A stretch of 64,000 nt of DNA from NCBI GenBank assembly GCA_963711565.1, contig CAVQEQ010000003.1:928001-992000 (forward strand), in the 5' to 3' direction. The DNA comes from an uncultured delta proteobacterium. GTDB taxonomy: Bacteria; Desulfobacterota; Binatia; Binatales; Binataceae. The notes beneath the pieces were generated by a model. The model made no database searches and was not told the origin of the DNA. It saw only the letters and a program-made list of their open reading frames with translations. Shown piece after piece: positions 51,897 to 61,976 of the stretch. Position numbers and translations under genes: made by a program. Position 1 is the first letter of the stretch; each line of letters begins with the position of its first letter.

Positions 51897-52154
51897 TCAC
51901 TCTCTAAGAATGTACTTCTCGGCACCGTGCTCAATCAGATAGTCGTAGATGATTACTTGTATTTCATCATCACCAATCCGCCGCTCGAACAGTTCGTAGT
52001 TTAATCGATGTACAATATCAGCGGCTTTCGAGAACGACATCTCGCTAGTCAGCTTGATACGGTCGGTCATATCCTTGTTGGGCGGCAAGTAGTAAAGGCA
52101 GTAACCCACTACAGACAGATCATAAAACACCATGCCATGCTTTTGATTGACCAT
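51897..52154 (-). CDS. Small hypothetical protein (85 aa)
   Basis: Co-oriented ORF filling the gap between the Rid and DLH genes; no family recognised. Confidence 0.55.
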   Translation of the reverse strand: MVNQKHGMVFYDLSVVGYCLYYLPPNKDMTDRIKLTSEMSFSKAADIVHRLNYELFERRIGDDEIQVIIYDYLIEHGAEKYILRE

Positions 52155-52263
52155 CCTGATCGCTGCATCTCTCTTGCTAAAGACTTCGATTTCCTGAAAA
52201 CTGCATTCTACCGGTCGATCTCGCCGGCCAACCCGGTGCGACCGGATGACCTGACCGAGTATC

Positions 52264-52659
52264 TCAACCGCGCAAACGGGCGACGAGTCTGATTTCGACC
52301 AGCGCCCCAGGCACGGCCAGTTCGGAGACCCCGACTCCCGTCCAGGCGGGGTAGGGCTCTGGCATGTATCGATCCTTGACCTTCGAAAACAATGGCAGTT
52401 GAGCTTGCAGGCCGACGTGAAAGGTCGTCATTTCGACTACATCGGAATACGAACAACCCGCCTCCGCCAGTACAGCCTTTAGCGTTTCGAAGGCTTGCGT
52501 GTATTGCTTCTCCGGGTCTTTCACGGCCGTCCCGTCCGGCTCAAGCCCGATCATTCCAGCCAAAAAGAGCCGGTCCTTATCCTTAACGGCCGGCGAGAAG
52601 TGAAAGTTGTTGTAGAAGCCCTCCATTCCTTTCGGAAGGACAACATCGCTTTGTTTCAT
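52264..52659 (-). CDS. Rid (YjgF/YER057c/UK114) family protein, YjgH-like, lacking the catalytic Arg
   Basis: FSPAVK...LFLAGMIG...YPAWTGVGVSEL...LVEI. Confidence 0.9.
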   Translation of the reverse strand: MKQSDVVLPKGMEGFYNNFHFSPAVKDKDRLFLAGMIGLEPDGTAVKDPEKQYTQAFETLKAVLAEAGCSYSDVVEMTTFHVGLQAQLPLFSKVKDRYMPEPYPAWTGVGVSELAVPGALVEIRLVARLRG

Positions 52660-52721
52660 ACAGACTCTCCCTGACGTTAAGGGCGTAAATGAGATCCTCG
52701 TGTTCAAGCCAAACTGCCGGA

Positions 52722-53015
52722 CTACTCCTGGAACACGTTGATTTCCAGTTGCGCGTACGCCTGTTGGCGCAGCGGTATTACCTTTTGGTAAGCCGGATCG
52801 TTGTGCCAGGCGCGCGCGGACTCGGCGTCTGGAAAGCGAAGTATGGCACCCACTGTCCACTTATGTTGTCCTACGAAGTTATCTGTCCCCGTTCCCCGAG
52901 CTACTACCTGGCCTTCGTGCTTTTGGATGACCGGCATCGCCACAGCTTGATACTGCTTCAGAATCTCGGAACGCTCCGGATGCAGGATTCCTTGGACGAC
53001 TACGAGAACACTCAT
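52722..53015 (-). CDS. DUF1330 family protein
   Basis: HEGQVVARG...ILRFPDAESARAWHNDPAYQ...PLR. Confidence 0.85.
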   Translation of the reverse strand: MSVLVVVQGILHPERSEILKQYQAVAMPVIQKHEGQVVARGTGTDNFVGQHKWTVGAILRFPDAESARAWHNDPAYQKVIPLRQQAYAQLEINVFQE

Positions 53016-53081
53016 GACTTAACTCCATTTGCCATCGTCTATCCTACGACCGAACAATTGCGACACTGCGTGAACTTCCGC

Positions 53082-55568
53082 TCATCCTTCGGTTCCGCTA
53101 TGGACAGTTATTCGTTCGGGAATGCTTGCTTCATTTGTGCTGCCCGTAACTACTTGTTCACCAAACCAAGCCCATAGAATTGGCGAAAGGACCGCGCTCA
53201 TCAGAAAGCACCAAAAAAGAACCAAACCCATTCCAAAGCCCACATATCCGATATACAAAGGCACTGGAATAAGCGCCCAACAACCCAAGATTAGAGCTCC
53301 ATTAGACACGAGGAGCGCTCTGCGGATCTTGACGTATCCTTGGATTAAAGCCTCGCGAAAGTTCCTTACCTTCGCATACTCCTCGCGGACGCGAAACAGC
53401 AGATACACCTCTGAGTCGATTCCCACTCCACTGGCTATTGCCAGGGCTGCAATAGCGTTGGAATTGATTTCGATTCCTAGCAGATACATAAACGCGACTG
53501 ATATTATGGTGCCCATGATAAGCGGCACAGTAAGTATCAACGAGAGTCTGATCGATCCTATAAATGGTATCGCCAAAATCGCAGTTCCGAGAAACCCGAG
53601 CAAAGCGCCAACCAACAACCAATAGCCGATGTTGTCATTAAAGGCTTGCGCGATGCCGACAGATCCTCCAGCAACACCTACAGTCACCGGCAGTCCTTCA
53701 AAGAGCGTGCCGGCCTTTTCCTGGGTTGCCGACAACAGTCGCTTGACCGCGCCGGGCTCGGTGGTCGCCACGTAAGCAATTATCACGGTCTGCCTCAAAT
53801 CGTTGGTGAACAGCCACAAGTAGGCGCCGGGCGCGTGATCTGCGAGATCAAGCACCTCAAGACCGAGCTCGCTTTTCGTGTCCGGAATCTTGAAATACTG
53901 TTGATCGTCTCCATGCAAAAACGAGTTGCTGAGTTTCAACGGATAGGCCACATCGGCGACGCTGCCCACTCCCGGTTGTTCGCGTATAAAACGCGCTAGC
54001 TCGTCGACGGCTCGAAGTACAGCCGGCTGCTCGAGGACTTTCCCCGCGGCCGACTTACCCTCGATATACACGGTCATAGGATAGACGCCACCGAACCGCG
54101 TCACGATTCCCCGCTCCATCTGAAAGATCGGGCTTCGCAGCCACGACCGCGTCAGATAGTTGTGGATCGCGTAAGTATTGTTCTGACCGATCGGGGCATG
54201 AAGGTCCACTTCGAACGCTGTTGCGGTGATAACCACGGAGGCCAGAACGAGGGCTACACTTACGCGCCGCGAATCCAGAACTCTATGAATGAGCGTCGCC
54301 AGCGATGAGTCCAGGCGCGGCACGCCGGCGCTCTGCTGTTGTACACGGCCGCCGACCTCTTGAAGTTCGCTCAAGGCGACGTAGCTGAGGGCAGGAATCA
54401 TCAGAAGGAATTCATCGACGGTGAGCGAGAGCAAGCCAAGACTGGTCACTATTCCCAACATTCGAACGTTATCGAATGGAATCGCTGCCATTACAAGAAA
54501 AGGAACGACGTCACAAAGCAAAGACACAAGCATCGGGCGGAGGCGCGATACAAAGGTACTTACGATTGCATCGTCAACCTTCTTCAGGCGCGGATACTCT
54601 TCGTAAAAGAAACGCGTAAGAAACTGAACCGAGTGACACGCCCCCGCCGCGACTATGATGAAGGGTGCAAGGAGCGCGGATGCGGAATAGATGGTCGCGC
54701 CGAAACACAGGCGATACAATCCAAATCCCATCAGCACGCCGAGGAAGGACACTCGGAGAGGCAAGACCACGGCACTATAGGTACGAAAGCCGTACCATAG
54801 CACCACCCCTATAATTACTACGAAAAAGCCGAACGCACCGAAAATGTATAAAAGGCCGGTGCTATTCACCCAGCCAATAATGATAGGAGTCCCCGCCGTG
54901 CGGAGTTCGAGTCCAGGGCTTTGATGTTTTTTAAGTATCTCATTTACGGCGTGATAGATCTCAACCGGATCTGTTGTATCAACTTTCACCAATGCGTGCG
55001 CCGACACCTCGGTGCGAAAATCGGCCAAGATCAATGCGGCCTTGCCATCCTTGGAAACCAGCACTCCGTTCAACATCGGATTGTCGGTCACCGCCGCTTT
55101 AATTGGAAGCACATCTTTATCATTCTGAAGGGTATCGGGCATGATAGGGGAGACGGACATCGTTTCGTCCGGAGTGCCCTTATTCAGGAACGCATATGAC
55201 TCACTGCTAAGGGTAGAAACCGAGCGAATCGCATACGGTATGACGCCGGGTACCAGAAAGAGATCGTCCGTGATCGCCTTAATAGTGTTCAGATGAGACT
55301 TAGTGTAAATGGTTCCATCTGTGGCGAGTACTTCGATACTTACGGAGTTGCCTCCGCCGAAGGAGGACATAATCTGCTCGTTGAGCCGAACGTATGGATC
55401 ATTGCGCGGAGGCCACGCATTGGGATCATCGCGTAACCGAAGACCAAACAGCGCCCAAATACATAGCGAAGCGATCACAACCTGGAGTATAACACCTATC
55501 CTGCGGCGTCGGATGAAAAAGCGCGCCATCCGCTCCAGTTTGCGATCCAATCCCGTGTACTGTTCCAT
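53082..55568 (-). CDS. RND/MMPL family inner-membrane transporter (DUF1302/DUF1329-associated type)
   Basis: Two repeats of TM + periplasmic domain + TM cluster; FGGGNSV, AGACHSVQ, GVGIDSEVYL. Confidence 0.88.
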   Translation of the reverse strand: MEQYTGLDRKLERMARFFIRRRRIGVILQVVIASLCIWALFGLRLRDDPNAWPPRNDPYVRLNEQIMSSFGGGNSVSIEVLATDGTIYTKSHLNTIKAITDDLFLVPGVIPYAIRSVSTLSSESYAFLNKGTPDETMSVSPIMPDTLQNDKDVLPIKAAVTDNPMLNGVLVSKDGKAALILADFRTEVSAHALVKVDTTDPVEIYHAVNEILKKHQSPGLELRTAGTPIIIGWVNSTGLLYIFGAFGFFVVIIGVVLWYGFRTYSAVVLPLRVSFLGVLMGFGLYRLCFGATIYSASALLAPFIIVAAGACHSVQFLTRFFYEEYPRLKKVDDAIVSTFVSRLRPMLVSLLCDVVPFLVMAAIPFDNVRMLGIVTSLGLLSLTVDEFLLMIPALSYVALSELQEVGGRVQQQSAGVPRLDSSLATLIHRVLDSRRVSVALVLASVVITATAFEVDLHAPIGQNNTYAIHNYLTRSWLRSPIFQMERGIVTRFGGVYPMTVYIEGKSAAGKVLEQPAVLRAVDELARFIREQPGVGSVADVAYPLKLSNSFLHGDDQQYFKIPDTKSELGLEVLDLADHAPGAYLWLFTNDLRQTVIIAYVATTEPGAVKRLLSATQEKAGTLFEGLPVTVGVAGGSVGIAQAFNDNIGYWLLVGALLGFLGTAILAIPFIGSIRLSLILTVPLIMGTIISVAFMYLLGIEINSNAIAALAIASGVGIDSEVYLLFRVREEYAKVRNFREALIQGYVKIRRALLVSNGALILGCWALIPVPLYIGYVGFGMGLVLFWCFLMSAVLSPILWAWFGEQVVTGSTNEASIPERITVHSGTEG

Positions 55569-55640
55569 CGGCCTTCCTTGGACACACGCCTCCCTCGAAG
55601 CCTAATCGCTCCGGTTCTACGCGGGATGCGGCTCACTAAA

Positions 55641-56693
55641 TCAATTGCGAAACTCGGGCATCACATGCTCAGCAAACAGACGTATTGAGTCCATGAGTTT
55701 TTCATGCGGCATGCCATCCATTCGGATAATAATTTCGTCTGCCCCGGCCTGCTCGTACAGCTTGAGTTTCTTAATACAAGTATCCGGATCTCCAACTACG
55801 ACCGTCGCGCTGTCGCATAAGGCGTCGAAATCGATTCCGCTTTTGGCCGGTGCAATTTGCTGCGCCATGTATTGATAGGACTTCTCTTTGGTCGCCGCCA
55901 GTTCCTCGTAGATCCGCAGCGCTTCAGTCGAGAACTCGAGTATCGGCCCCTTCGCGAGACTCTTGGCGTATTCGGTCGTCTCGGCGCAGAAACCCAGCGT
56001 TAGCATGGCGGCCTGGTCGTTGACGTATCCGCCTACCGGCTTGGCGTGTTTCACGGTTCGTTTGTAGAGCTCTACATGCTTTTGAGTTACTTCCGGAGGA
56101 GCAAAATCGAAGCAGAATGCACCGATGCCTTTCTGCCCGGCCAGCTCGTAAACTTCTGGACTGGTGGCCGCGGTCCAGATTGGCGGATGCGGCTTCTGAA
56201 CCGGTTTCGGATTAACCGACGTAGGAGGAATCTTGTAGTCCTTACTCTCCCAGGAGAACGTGTCTTGCATCCACATCTTTGGGATCATATCCAGTTGTTC
56301 TTCCCATTGATGGCGCGTCTCCTCGACCGGCACTTCAAACGCCCGGAAGGTACCCAGCTTATTCCCTCGTCCGGTGCCAAAATCGATACGGCCATTACTC
56401 ATGATATCCAACATCGCTATTCGCTCGGCAACTTTGAGCGGATGGTTTATGTTTTTGATGAGCAACACGATCCCGTGACGTAGGCGAATCCGTTTGGTAC
56501 GCATCGCGGCGGCCGCGAGAAATATCTCAGGCGCAGAGGTCGTATATTCGCGCGGCGTAAAATGCTGCTCAGACAGGCTATAGGAATCCCATCCCAGCTG
56601 GTCCGCCAGTTCCACCTCTCGCATCATCTGCCAGTAGCGATTGTAGTAATCGCGAGTCATGGTCTGGCATTCCTGGGTCAATGAAAACTTCAT
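55641..56693 (-). CDS. Luciferase-like monooxygenase (LLM)
   Basis: SEQHF, NHPLKVAERIAMLDIMSNGRIDFGTGRG, PKPVQKPHPPIW, VGDPD. Confidence 0.92.
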   Translation of the reverse strand: MKFSLTQECQTMTRDYYNRYWQMMREVELADQLGWDSYSLSEQHFTPREYTTSAPEIFLAAAAMRTKRIRLRHGIVLLIKNINHPLKVAERIAMLDIMSNGRIDFGTGRGNKLGTFRAFEVPVEETRHQWEEQLDMIPKMWMQDTFSWESKDYKIPPTSVNPKPVQKPHPPIWTAATSPEVYELAGQKGIGAFCFDFAPPEVTQKHVELYKRTVKHAKPVGGYVNDQAAMLTLGFCAETTEYAKSLAKGPILEFSTEALRIYEELAATKEKSYQYMAQQIAPAKSGIDFDALCDSATVVVGDPDTCIKKLKLYEQAGADEIIIRMDGMPHEKLMDSIRLFAEHVMPEFRN

Positions 56694-56776
56694 TTATTCT
56701 GCCTCTCTATTAGGGTCGCGATCGAGTAACTGCTTCGCGAACACCCGCCTGGTCCTCAACGGCCGACACTGGAGTG

Positions 56777-58060
56777 CTAGTGAGACAGCCAGTCTACGAG
56801 CGTCATCGGTTGCGCTGCCAGAGTTGTTTCCGAATAGATACTTGGCGAGGTGTCAGCATTAAACCCGCCCTGCTGTATCCAACCATCCATGACAAACCCA
56901 CCTTCGAGATCAACCACACAAGCAACGCCCCACATCTGCCACCATCGGGGAGCGTTATTCGGACCGTTCGGGCCACCGACGTGAACGTTCTCGTTGGCGC
57001 CAGTCATTGGAAGATGGGTGAAGTAGCGAATCATCTTTCCATTCGCGTCGTACTCCTCGGTATAGTAGGTGCACATGCCGATAAGACCCACGTATTCGAT
57101 TCGCTTGGCGTACCACCAGCTGATGCCGGGCTTCGGAGTGACTTCCATCATGGCGACAACGTCTCCCGCGCCACTAACTCTTTTTACGTTGGCTGGAATG
57201 CCTTCGTTATTGAAACCGCGCAGCTTGTCCGAAGGATCCCACAGCTTGAAGCCCGTAATCTTGTAGTCGAGCTGCGGAAGAGCTCCAGAATAACTGACGT
57301 CTTCGTAACGGTAGATCGATCCAGGAAAGTACTGTTTAGCGACCGCACCAGCCAATCGGCGCGTGCGCCGGACTGTCGGCAGGTAAAGCGTGTCCTCGGG
57401 AACCAACGCCGGATCGTTGTATACCGTGGTAACACCACCTTCTCCGCGCAGCTCTTCGGGAGCGGTGAGCTCCCACATGTACTTCCGTTGTACGTCGTGA
57501 TCGGTGGAGGCTAGATATTGTTTACCATTGCCATTTACAAATGAGGTGTAGTGCTCGAGAGTTAGACTCGAAGTCCGAATTGAGCCATCCGGAAGGTGAA
57601 CGATAATTGGAGAGATATCCCATCCATTGTTATAATATGGTCCATAATAGCTGAAGGTGAGACCACGATCAGGAATCTCTGAGACCGGAATCTTGTCTCT
57701 CTCCGCGACCGGTACCTCAAAAGGAAACGGCAGTCCTGGCGTGGCCCACTGCGCAATGAATGCGGGACCTAGCTTCTGCTGGCGATCCTCCATCCAGGGC
57801 TGAGCCTTCCACACCATCGATTGATCTCCCCACTTCACCACCCAGGTTCCCGGAGACTCTCCGGGAGTCACGCTATAGGGCTTGCCGGCTATTACCTTTG
57901 GTATGGGCGGTACGTCCGGGACTTGAGCCGAGCTGTCAGCAAGCGCACCGCCGACCGTCCATTTCATCGAGAGAAACAGCGCGACGGTCGCGGCCACGAT
58001 TGCGAGAAGGAACGCGCAGGCCGTCGTCCGGTTGGCCTGACCTTTATCATAGTGCCTCAT
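56777..58060 (-). CDS. DUF1329-like periplasmic protein (LolA-like fold predicted)
   Basis: Signal peptide; APEELRGEG, DTLYLPTVRRTRRL, YDANGKMIR motifs. Confidence 0.75.
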   Translation of the reverse strand: MRHYDKGQANRTTACAFLLAIVAATVALFLSMKWTVGGALADSSAQVPDVPPIPKVIAGKPYSVTPGESPGTWVVKWGDQSMVWKAQPWMEDRQQKLGPAFIAQWATPGLPFPFEVPVAERDKIPVSEIPDRGLTFSYYGPYYNNGWDISPIIVHLPDGSIRTSSLTLEHYTSFVNGNGKQYLASTDHDVQRKYMWELTAPEELRGEGGVTTVYNDPALVPEDTLYLPTVRRTRRLAGAVAKQYFPGSIYRYEDVSYSGALPQLDYKITGFKLWDPSDKLRGFNNEGIPANVKRVSGAGDVVAMMEVTPKPGISWWYAKRIEYVGLIGMCTYYTEEYDANGKMIRYFTHLPMTGANENVHVGGPNGPNNAPRWWQMWGVACVVDLEGGFVMDGWIQQGGFNADTSPSIYSETTLAAQPMTLVDWLSH

Positions 58061-58127
58061 AAACCTCTCTCCGATCGTATAGGGAATCTCTTAGGGTCAT
58101 TTTCGCGGCATTGAGCTCATCAACGAC

Positions 58128-59705
58128 CTACAACAAAGTCTGATGTAGCTCGAAGAATACGTTGGTTGTGTTAGTGAATTCTCCATAGGGCGTTTGCTTC
58201 CCGCCCGCATAGATGTTGAAGCCCAAACCTAAGGTGGTCCTATCGCTAATTCGATAACCGACATGCGGCTGGAGCCACCAATCATGGAACTGCCACTCGT
58301 ACACCGCAGACAACGAAGTATCCAGCACGTCTCCCGTCATCGAAGTCTTGTCCATATAGAGCGTCGACAGACTCTCATACATGCCGCGCAGACCTGAATG
58401 ACTGCCTTGGTAACCTAGACCCTGGAACATGTCCTCGTTACCGCCACACGCGCATTCGTTATTACGATGTAGGACCCAGTCTTGCCAATACTGAAAACTG
58501 AAGAACACCGGCCGCTCCAGGTAGTCGCCGAGGATCTCCCGATCAACACCACCCAAAATTCCCCAGTGCGTCACGTCGACTGGATTGCCCAGGTTGCCTT
58601 CATAGTACACATCGCCAACAGTTACCGCCGACTCGGCTCTAAGAACGGTTCCATCGATCCACGGATTTCCGGTGTTGAACTCATAATCCGCGGAACCGCC
58701 CGCGACCTGCATGCGATGAGGACGCAGACTGACCCCCGTCGCCGTCGCATAGGTCCCGGTGTTCGGGTAATAGATGTCGGTAGTGGTCCAGGTATAAAGA
58801 TAGTTCAGAGTATAGTGTATGCTGCCGCGCTGTTCGGACCATCGAGCGCCGTACACCCAATTGTTGAGTCTGCTCGAAGGGTTATTCACGTCGGTTGGAA
58901 TTTTAAAGCCGAGAGAACCGTTTAGTTCGTTGTTGATGGCCGCTACACTTCCGTAGGTGAAATCCCCATAGGACCCGTTAATCGGATAACCGCCTTTCAT
59001 TTGAAGACCAGTGTAATAAGTGGGATAGTACTGGGGAATGAAGATTGCCTGCAGCTCGCCGCCTGGATAAGGCTGCCAGACAATATTGGCGGCCCATTCT
59101 GGAATCTTGATTTGCTGCTCGTTGAAGATCTGCGGATTGATCAGATTGAAGTTGTTTATTATGTCCAGCATGTACACGCCGTCTGATTTGCCCCAGGCGA
59201 TAATCTGACGGCCGAGACGAATGAAAAAGTGCTTAGGATGAAGGTCGACGTAATACTCTCTGAACAACGGCTGGTAATTGTCCTGCATGCTACCGCTGAC
59301 GTTGGTCGCCAGCGACGAAAGATATGAATGGTAAGTCCCTTGACCGAAGCCGGTGGCATCGTAAGTCGAGTCATAGGTAGGACGCATTTCCAGATGCCAA
59401 TGTATCGGAAACCCAACCATTTCCGATAACTTCTGCGGGTTGCCGTCAACCAGAGCCAGGAGCTGATTATTCTGAAACAAAAGATTGTCCGGATGCCTCG
59501 TAAAAAAAGTCTCAGTATTCGCGTCGAATACAGTACGTCTTTGGTCCGGCAGATTCACATAGGCTGAAACAAACAACGTGAGGCACGTGGTTATTCCGTA
59601 TGTGTCAAAGGTCTCACAGGCCTCCGCTACTCTGCTGGATAGCAAAACAAGACCGACTACGAAAAATATTCCAAGGTGCAAGAACGGTCTGCATCTGATT
59701 CGCAC
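58128..59705 (-). CDS. DUF1302-like outer-membrane beta-barrel protein
   Basis: Signal peptide; FREYYVD...RLGRQIIAWGKSDG...DIIN; alternating aromatic C-terminal strand; lies upstream of DUF1329. Confidence 0.75.
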   Translation of the reverse strand: MRIRCRPFLHLGIFFVVGLVLLSSRVAEACETFDTYGITTCLTLFVSAYVNLPDQRRTVFDANTETFFTRHPDNLLFQNNQLLALVDGNPQKLSEMVGFPIHWHLEMRPTYDSTYDATGFGQGTYHSYLSSLATNVSGSMQDNYQPLFREYYVDLHPKHFFIRLGRQIIAWGKSDGVYMLDIINNFNLINPQIFNEQQIKIPEWAANIVWQPYPGGELQAIFIPQYYPTYYTGLQMKGGYPINGSYGDFTYGSVAAINNELNGSLGFKIPTDVNNPSSRLNNWVYGARWSEQRGSIHYTLNYLYTWTTTDIYYPNTGTYATATGVSLRPHRMQVAGGSADYEFNTGNPWIDGTVLRAESAVTVGDVYYEGNLGNPVDVTHWGILGGVDREILGDYLERPVFFSFQYWQDWVLHRNNECACGGNEDMFQGLGYQGSHSGLRGMYESLSTLYMDKTSMTGDVLDTSLSAVYEWQFHDWWLQPHVGYRISDRTTLGLGFNIYAGGKQTPYGEFTNTTNVFFELHQTLL

Positions 59706-59758
59706 GTTTGTCTCCCCGTTCGGCTCTACATCTATTCTATAAATGTGATGCGCGAGCT

Positions 59759-60178
59759 CTACAGAGCCACTATGGCTTGAAGCTCGACCAGCAACTCTGG
59801 AAGAGCGAGCTGCTTTACGCGCACCACTGTCCCGCATGGTCGTCCTGTCGTAAAGAACTCTTTCTGAACTTCGACCACCACGTTGAAATCCTCCATCAGC
59901 GGACGGTCGCTCCCCTTGTCGGCTAGAAAGCTCATCAACTGCACCACACCGTCGATGCTTCCGCCGGCGTGTTCTATCACCTGTTTCATGTTAGAGAAGG
60001 CCCCGCGCACTTGCTCCCGCAGGCCTCCTTCGACTATTTTGCCGGTCGCAGGATTCCATCCAACCTGGCCGGCTAGATAGAGCATGTTCCCCACCTTAAC
60101 GCCTTCCGCGTAACGAATGCTGTCGCAGAACGCTTTGCTGTCTGCTGGTACGATATATTCAATTTTTTGACTGGCCAT
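59759..60178 (-). CDS. Rid family protein lacking the catalytic Arg
   Basis: YAEGVKVGNMLYLAGQVG...RPCGTVVRVKQL...LVELQAI. Confidence 0.9.
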   Translation of the reverse strand: MASQKIEYIVPADSKAFCDSIRYAEGVKVGNMLYLAGQVGWNPATGKIVEGGLREQVRGAFSNMKQVIEHAGGSIDGVVQLMSFLADKGSDRPLMEDFNVVVEVQKEFFTTGRPCGTVVRVKQLALPELLVELQAIVAL

Positions 60179-60217
60179 TTTCCTGGTTCCCTTGAGACAG
60201 GTTTGCTTCGACCCGTG

Positions 60218-60712
60218 TCACTTGATTGTCAGATCGACAAAGAACGACCACTTCCCAGCCTTGTCCGCCGCCGCCAGGAGCTGACGCGATTCGTGGTAAT
60301 GCACTATCGCCCATCCCTGCTTACCCTTTCGAACCCCAATGGAACACCTTATTTTGCCGATTATTTTCTCAGGCATGACCGTGGTGGTAAGTTCGGTCAT
60401 CACCTCCGTCCAGATTATCGCGGCCGTAGGCGAGAGGAAGGAAACCGACTTCGCCATCTCGGTCCAGTCGGTTACCGATGCCAGTAGGTTGTGAGCATTG
60501 TGCCAGTATGCCTCGATGTCTTTGTAAGTGAGGAGCCCGCTGGGAATCTCTTCGGCCGTATATAGCATCCCGTCGAACTCTTTGTCGTACAAGCTGAGCA
60601 TCAATGTCGTATCAGGAAAACTTAACCAAGCTTTGCGCCAGCGGCTGTACAGATCGTTGACCGCCGCAAGCTCCTTCTGCTTATCGAATCCCGCATCACT
60701 TGACTCTGACAT
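60218..60712 (-). CDS. SnoaL/NTF2-like protein
   Basis: YTAEE...IEAYW...WAIVHYHES. Confidence 0.8.
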   Translation of the reverse strand: MSESSDAGFDKQKELAAVNDLYSRWRKAWLSFPDTTLMLSLYDKEFDGMLYTAEEIPSGLLTYKDIEAYWHNAHNLLASVTDWTEMAKSVSFLSPTAAIIWTEVMTELTTTVMPEKIIGKIRCSIGVRKGKQGWAIVHYHESRQLLAAADKAGKWSFFVDLTIK

Positions 60713-60783
60713 TGTCCTACTCCTTGTTTCACTCGATCGAACCGCGTCGAAAAGGTTCTAGAGAGTTAACCACCCGAACCGGG

Positions 60784-61884
60784 CTAGGGAACCGGCGTAT
60801 ATTCGCTGTTCTGTATAACGGTGCTCGGCGTCTTGAACCTGGGGATAACGTATTTCCCGATCAACTCGATCGCCCTGCTTATTTCCTCGTGGTTTCCGTC
60901 GAGCCGGAAGACTACTTCGTCCGCGCCAAGCGCCTTGTAGGTTTCACAGCGCTTGATAAAAACCTCCGGCTCGCCGGCGATGCACGACGTCTCGTTCACC
61001 ATCCAATCCAGGTCTCGGGCCTTGCTCCGGATTTTCTCCATCTGCAGGGTATATCCGTAGCTATCCGACCTTTGGCCCAATTGCGGGTAGAGATCCTCAA
61101 TCACGGGAGTAACGAATCGCGGGAACGCCTGTTTCGCAACCTTCATCGCGTCCTTCGTCGATTCGGCGCAGACAGAGTTCAGTACTACTGCGGAGAAGCA
61201 GTTGTTGATGAACCCGCCAACCGGCTTCGCGGTCTTGATGCCCTCCCGATATACGTCGTAGCACTTCTTTACGTAGTCGGGTCCGAAATATAGATCCCAG
61301 GAGAGAACCCCGATTCCTTTTGATGCGCCGACCGCGTGGGACTCGGGCGACTGGGCTACCATGCATACAGGTGGATGCGGCACCTGGACCCCTTTGGGTG
61401 ACAGCGACCGCGGCGGAATCTTGAAATACCTGCCCTCGTGAGAAAACGGATCGTTCAGGAACGCCTTCATCACGATCTCGAGGCCTTCTTCCCAGCGTGC
61501 GCGAGTTTCATCGAGCGGACAGTTGAATCCGTCGAGCGCAAGCAGCGTATTCGCGCGCCCCGTTCCGAGTTCCGCGCGGCCATTGGAAACAATGTCCAAC
61601 GTCGCAAGCCGTTCCGCGACCCTGATCGGATTATTGAAAGGAAACGGCAGTAGGACGACCATGTGCCTGAGTTTGATTTTATTCGTCTTCGCGGCGATGA
61701 ATGGATAGAAAGTTTCCGGAGCGGATACGCAAGCTACCGGACTGATGAAATGCTGTTCAGAGGTTCCAAAAAAATCCCAACCCATTTCTTCTGCCAGGAT
61801 TACCTCATCCACTACTTCCATGTAGCGACGATAGTGCGTTGTGCCTGGAGCAGTTTCTGCCTCGGAAAGAAGACCAAATTTCAT
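60784..61884 (-). CDS. Luciferase-like monooxygenase (LLM)
   Basis: SEQHF, NPIRVAERLATLDIVSNGRAELGTGR, PKGVQVPHPP. Confidence 0.92.
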   Translation of the reverse strand: MKFGLLSEAETAPGTTHYRRYMEVVDEVILAEEMGWDFFGTSEQHFISPVACVSAPETFYPFIAAKTNKIKLRHMVVLLPFPFNNPIRVAERLATLDIVSNGRAELGTGRANTLLALDGFNCPLDETRARWEEGLEIVMKAFLNDPFSHEGRYFKIPPRSLSPKGVQVPHPPVCMVAQSPESHAVGASKGIGVLSWDLYFGPDYVKKCYDVYREGIKTAKPVGGFINNCFSAVVLNSVCAESTKDAMKVAKQAFPRFVTPVIEDLYPQLGQRSDSYGYTLQMEKIRSKARDLDWMVNETSCIAGEPEVFIKRCETYKALGADEVVFRLDGNHEEISRAIELIGKYVIPRFKTPSTVIQNSEYTPVP

Positions 61885-61976
61885 GTGTTTTTCATCTCCC
61901 TCGAAATTAGACCCTGTTTGAATCCTCGTAATATCTTAGGACCGATTTCTTTGCGGCTTCTGAACTTCAACTCCGC

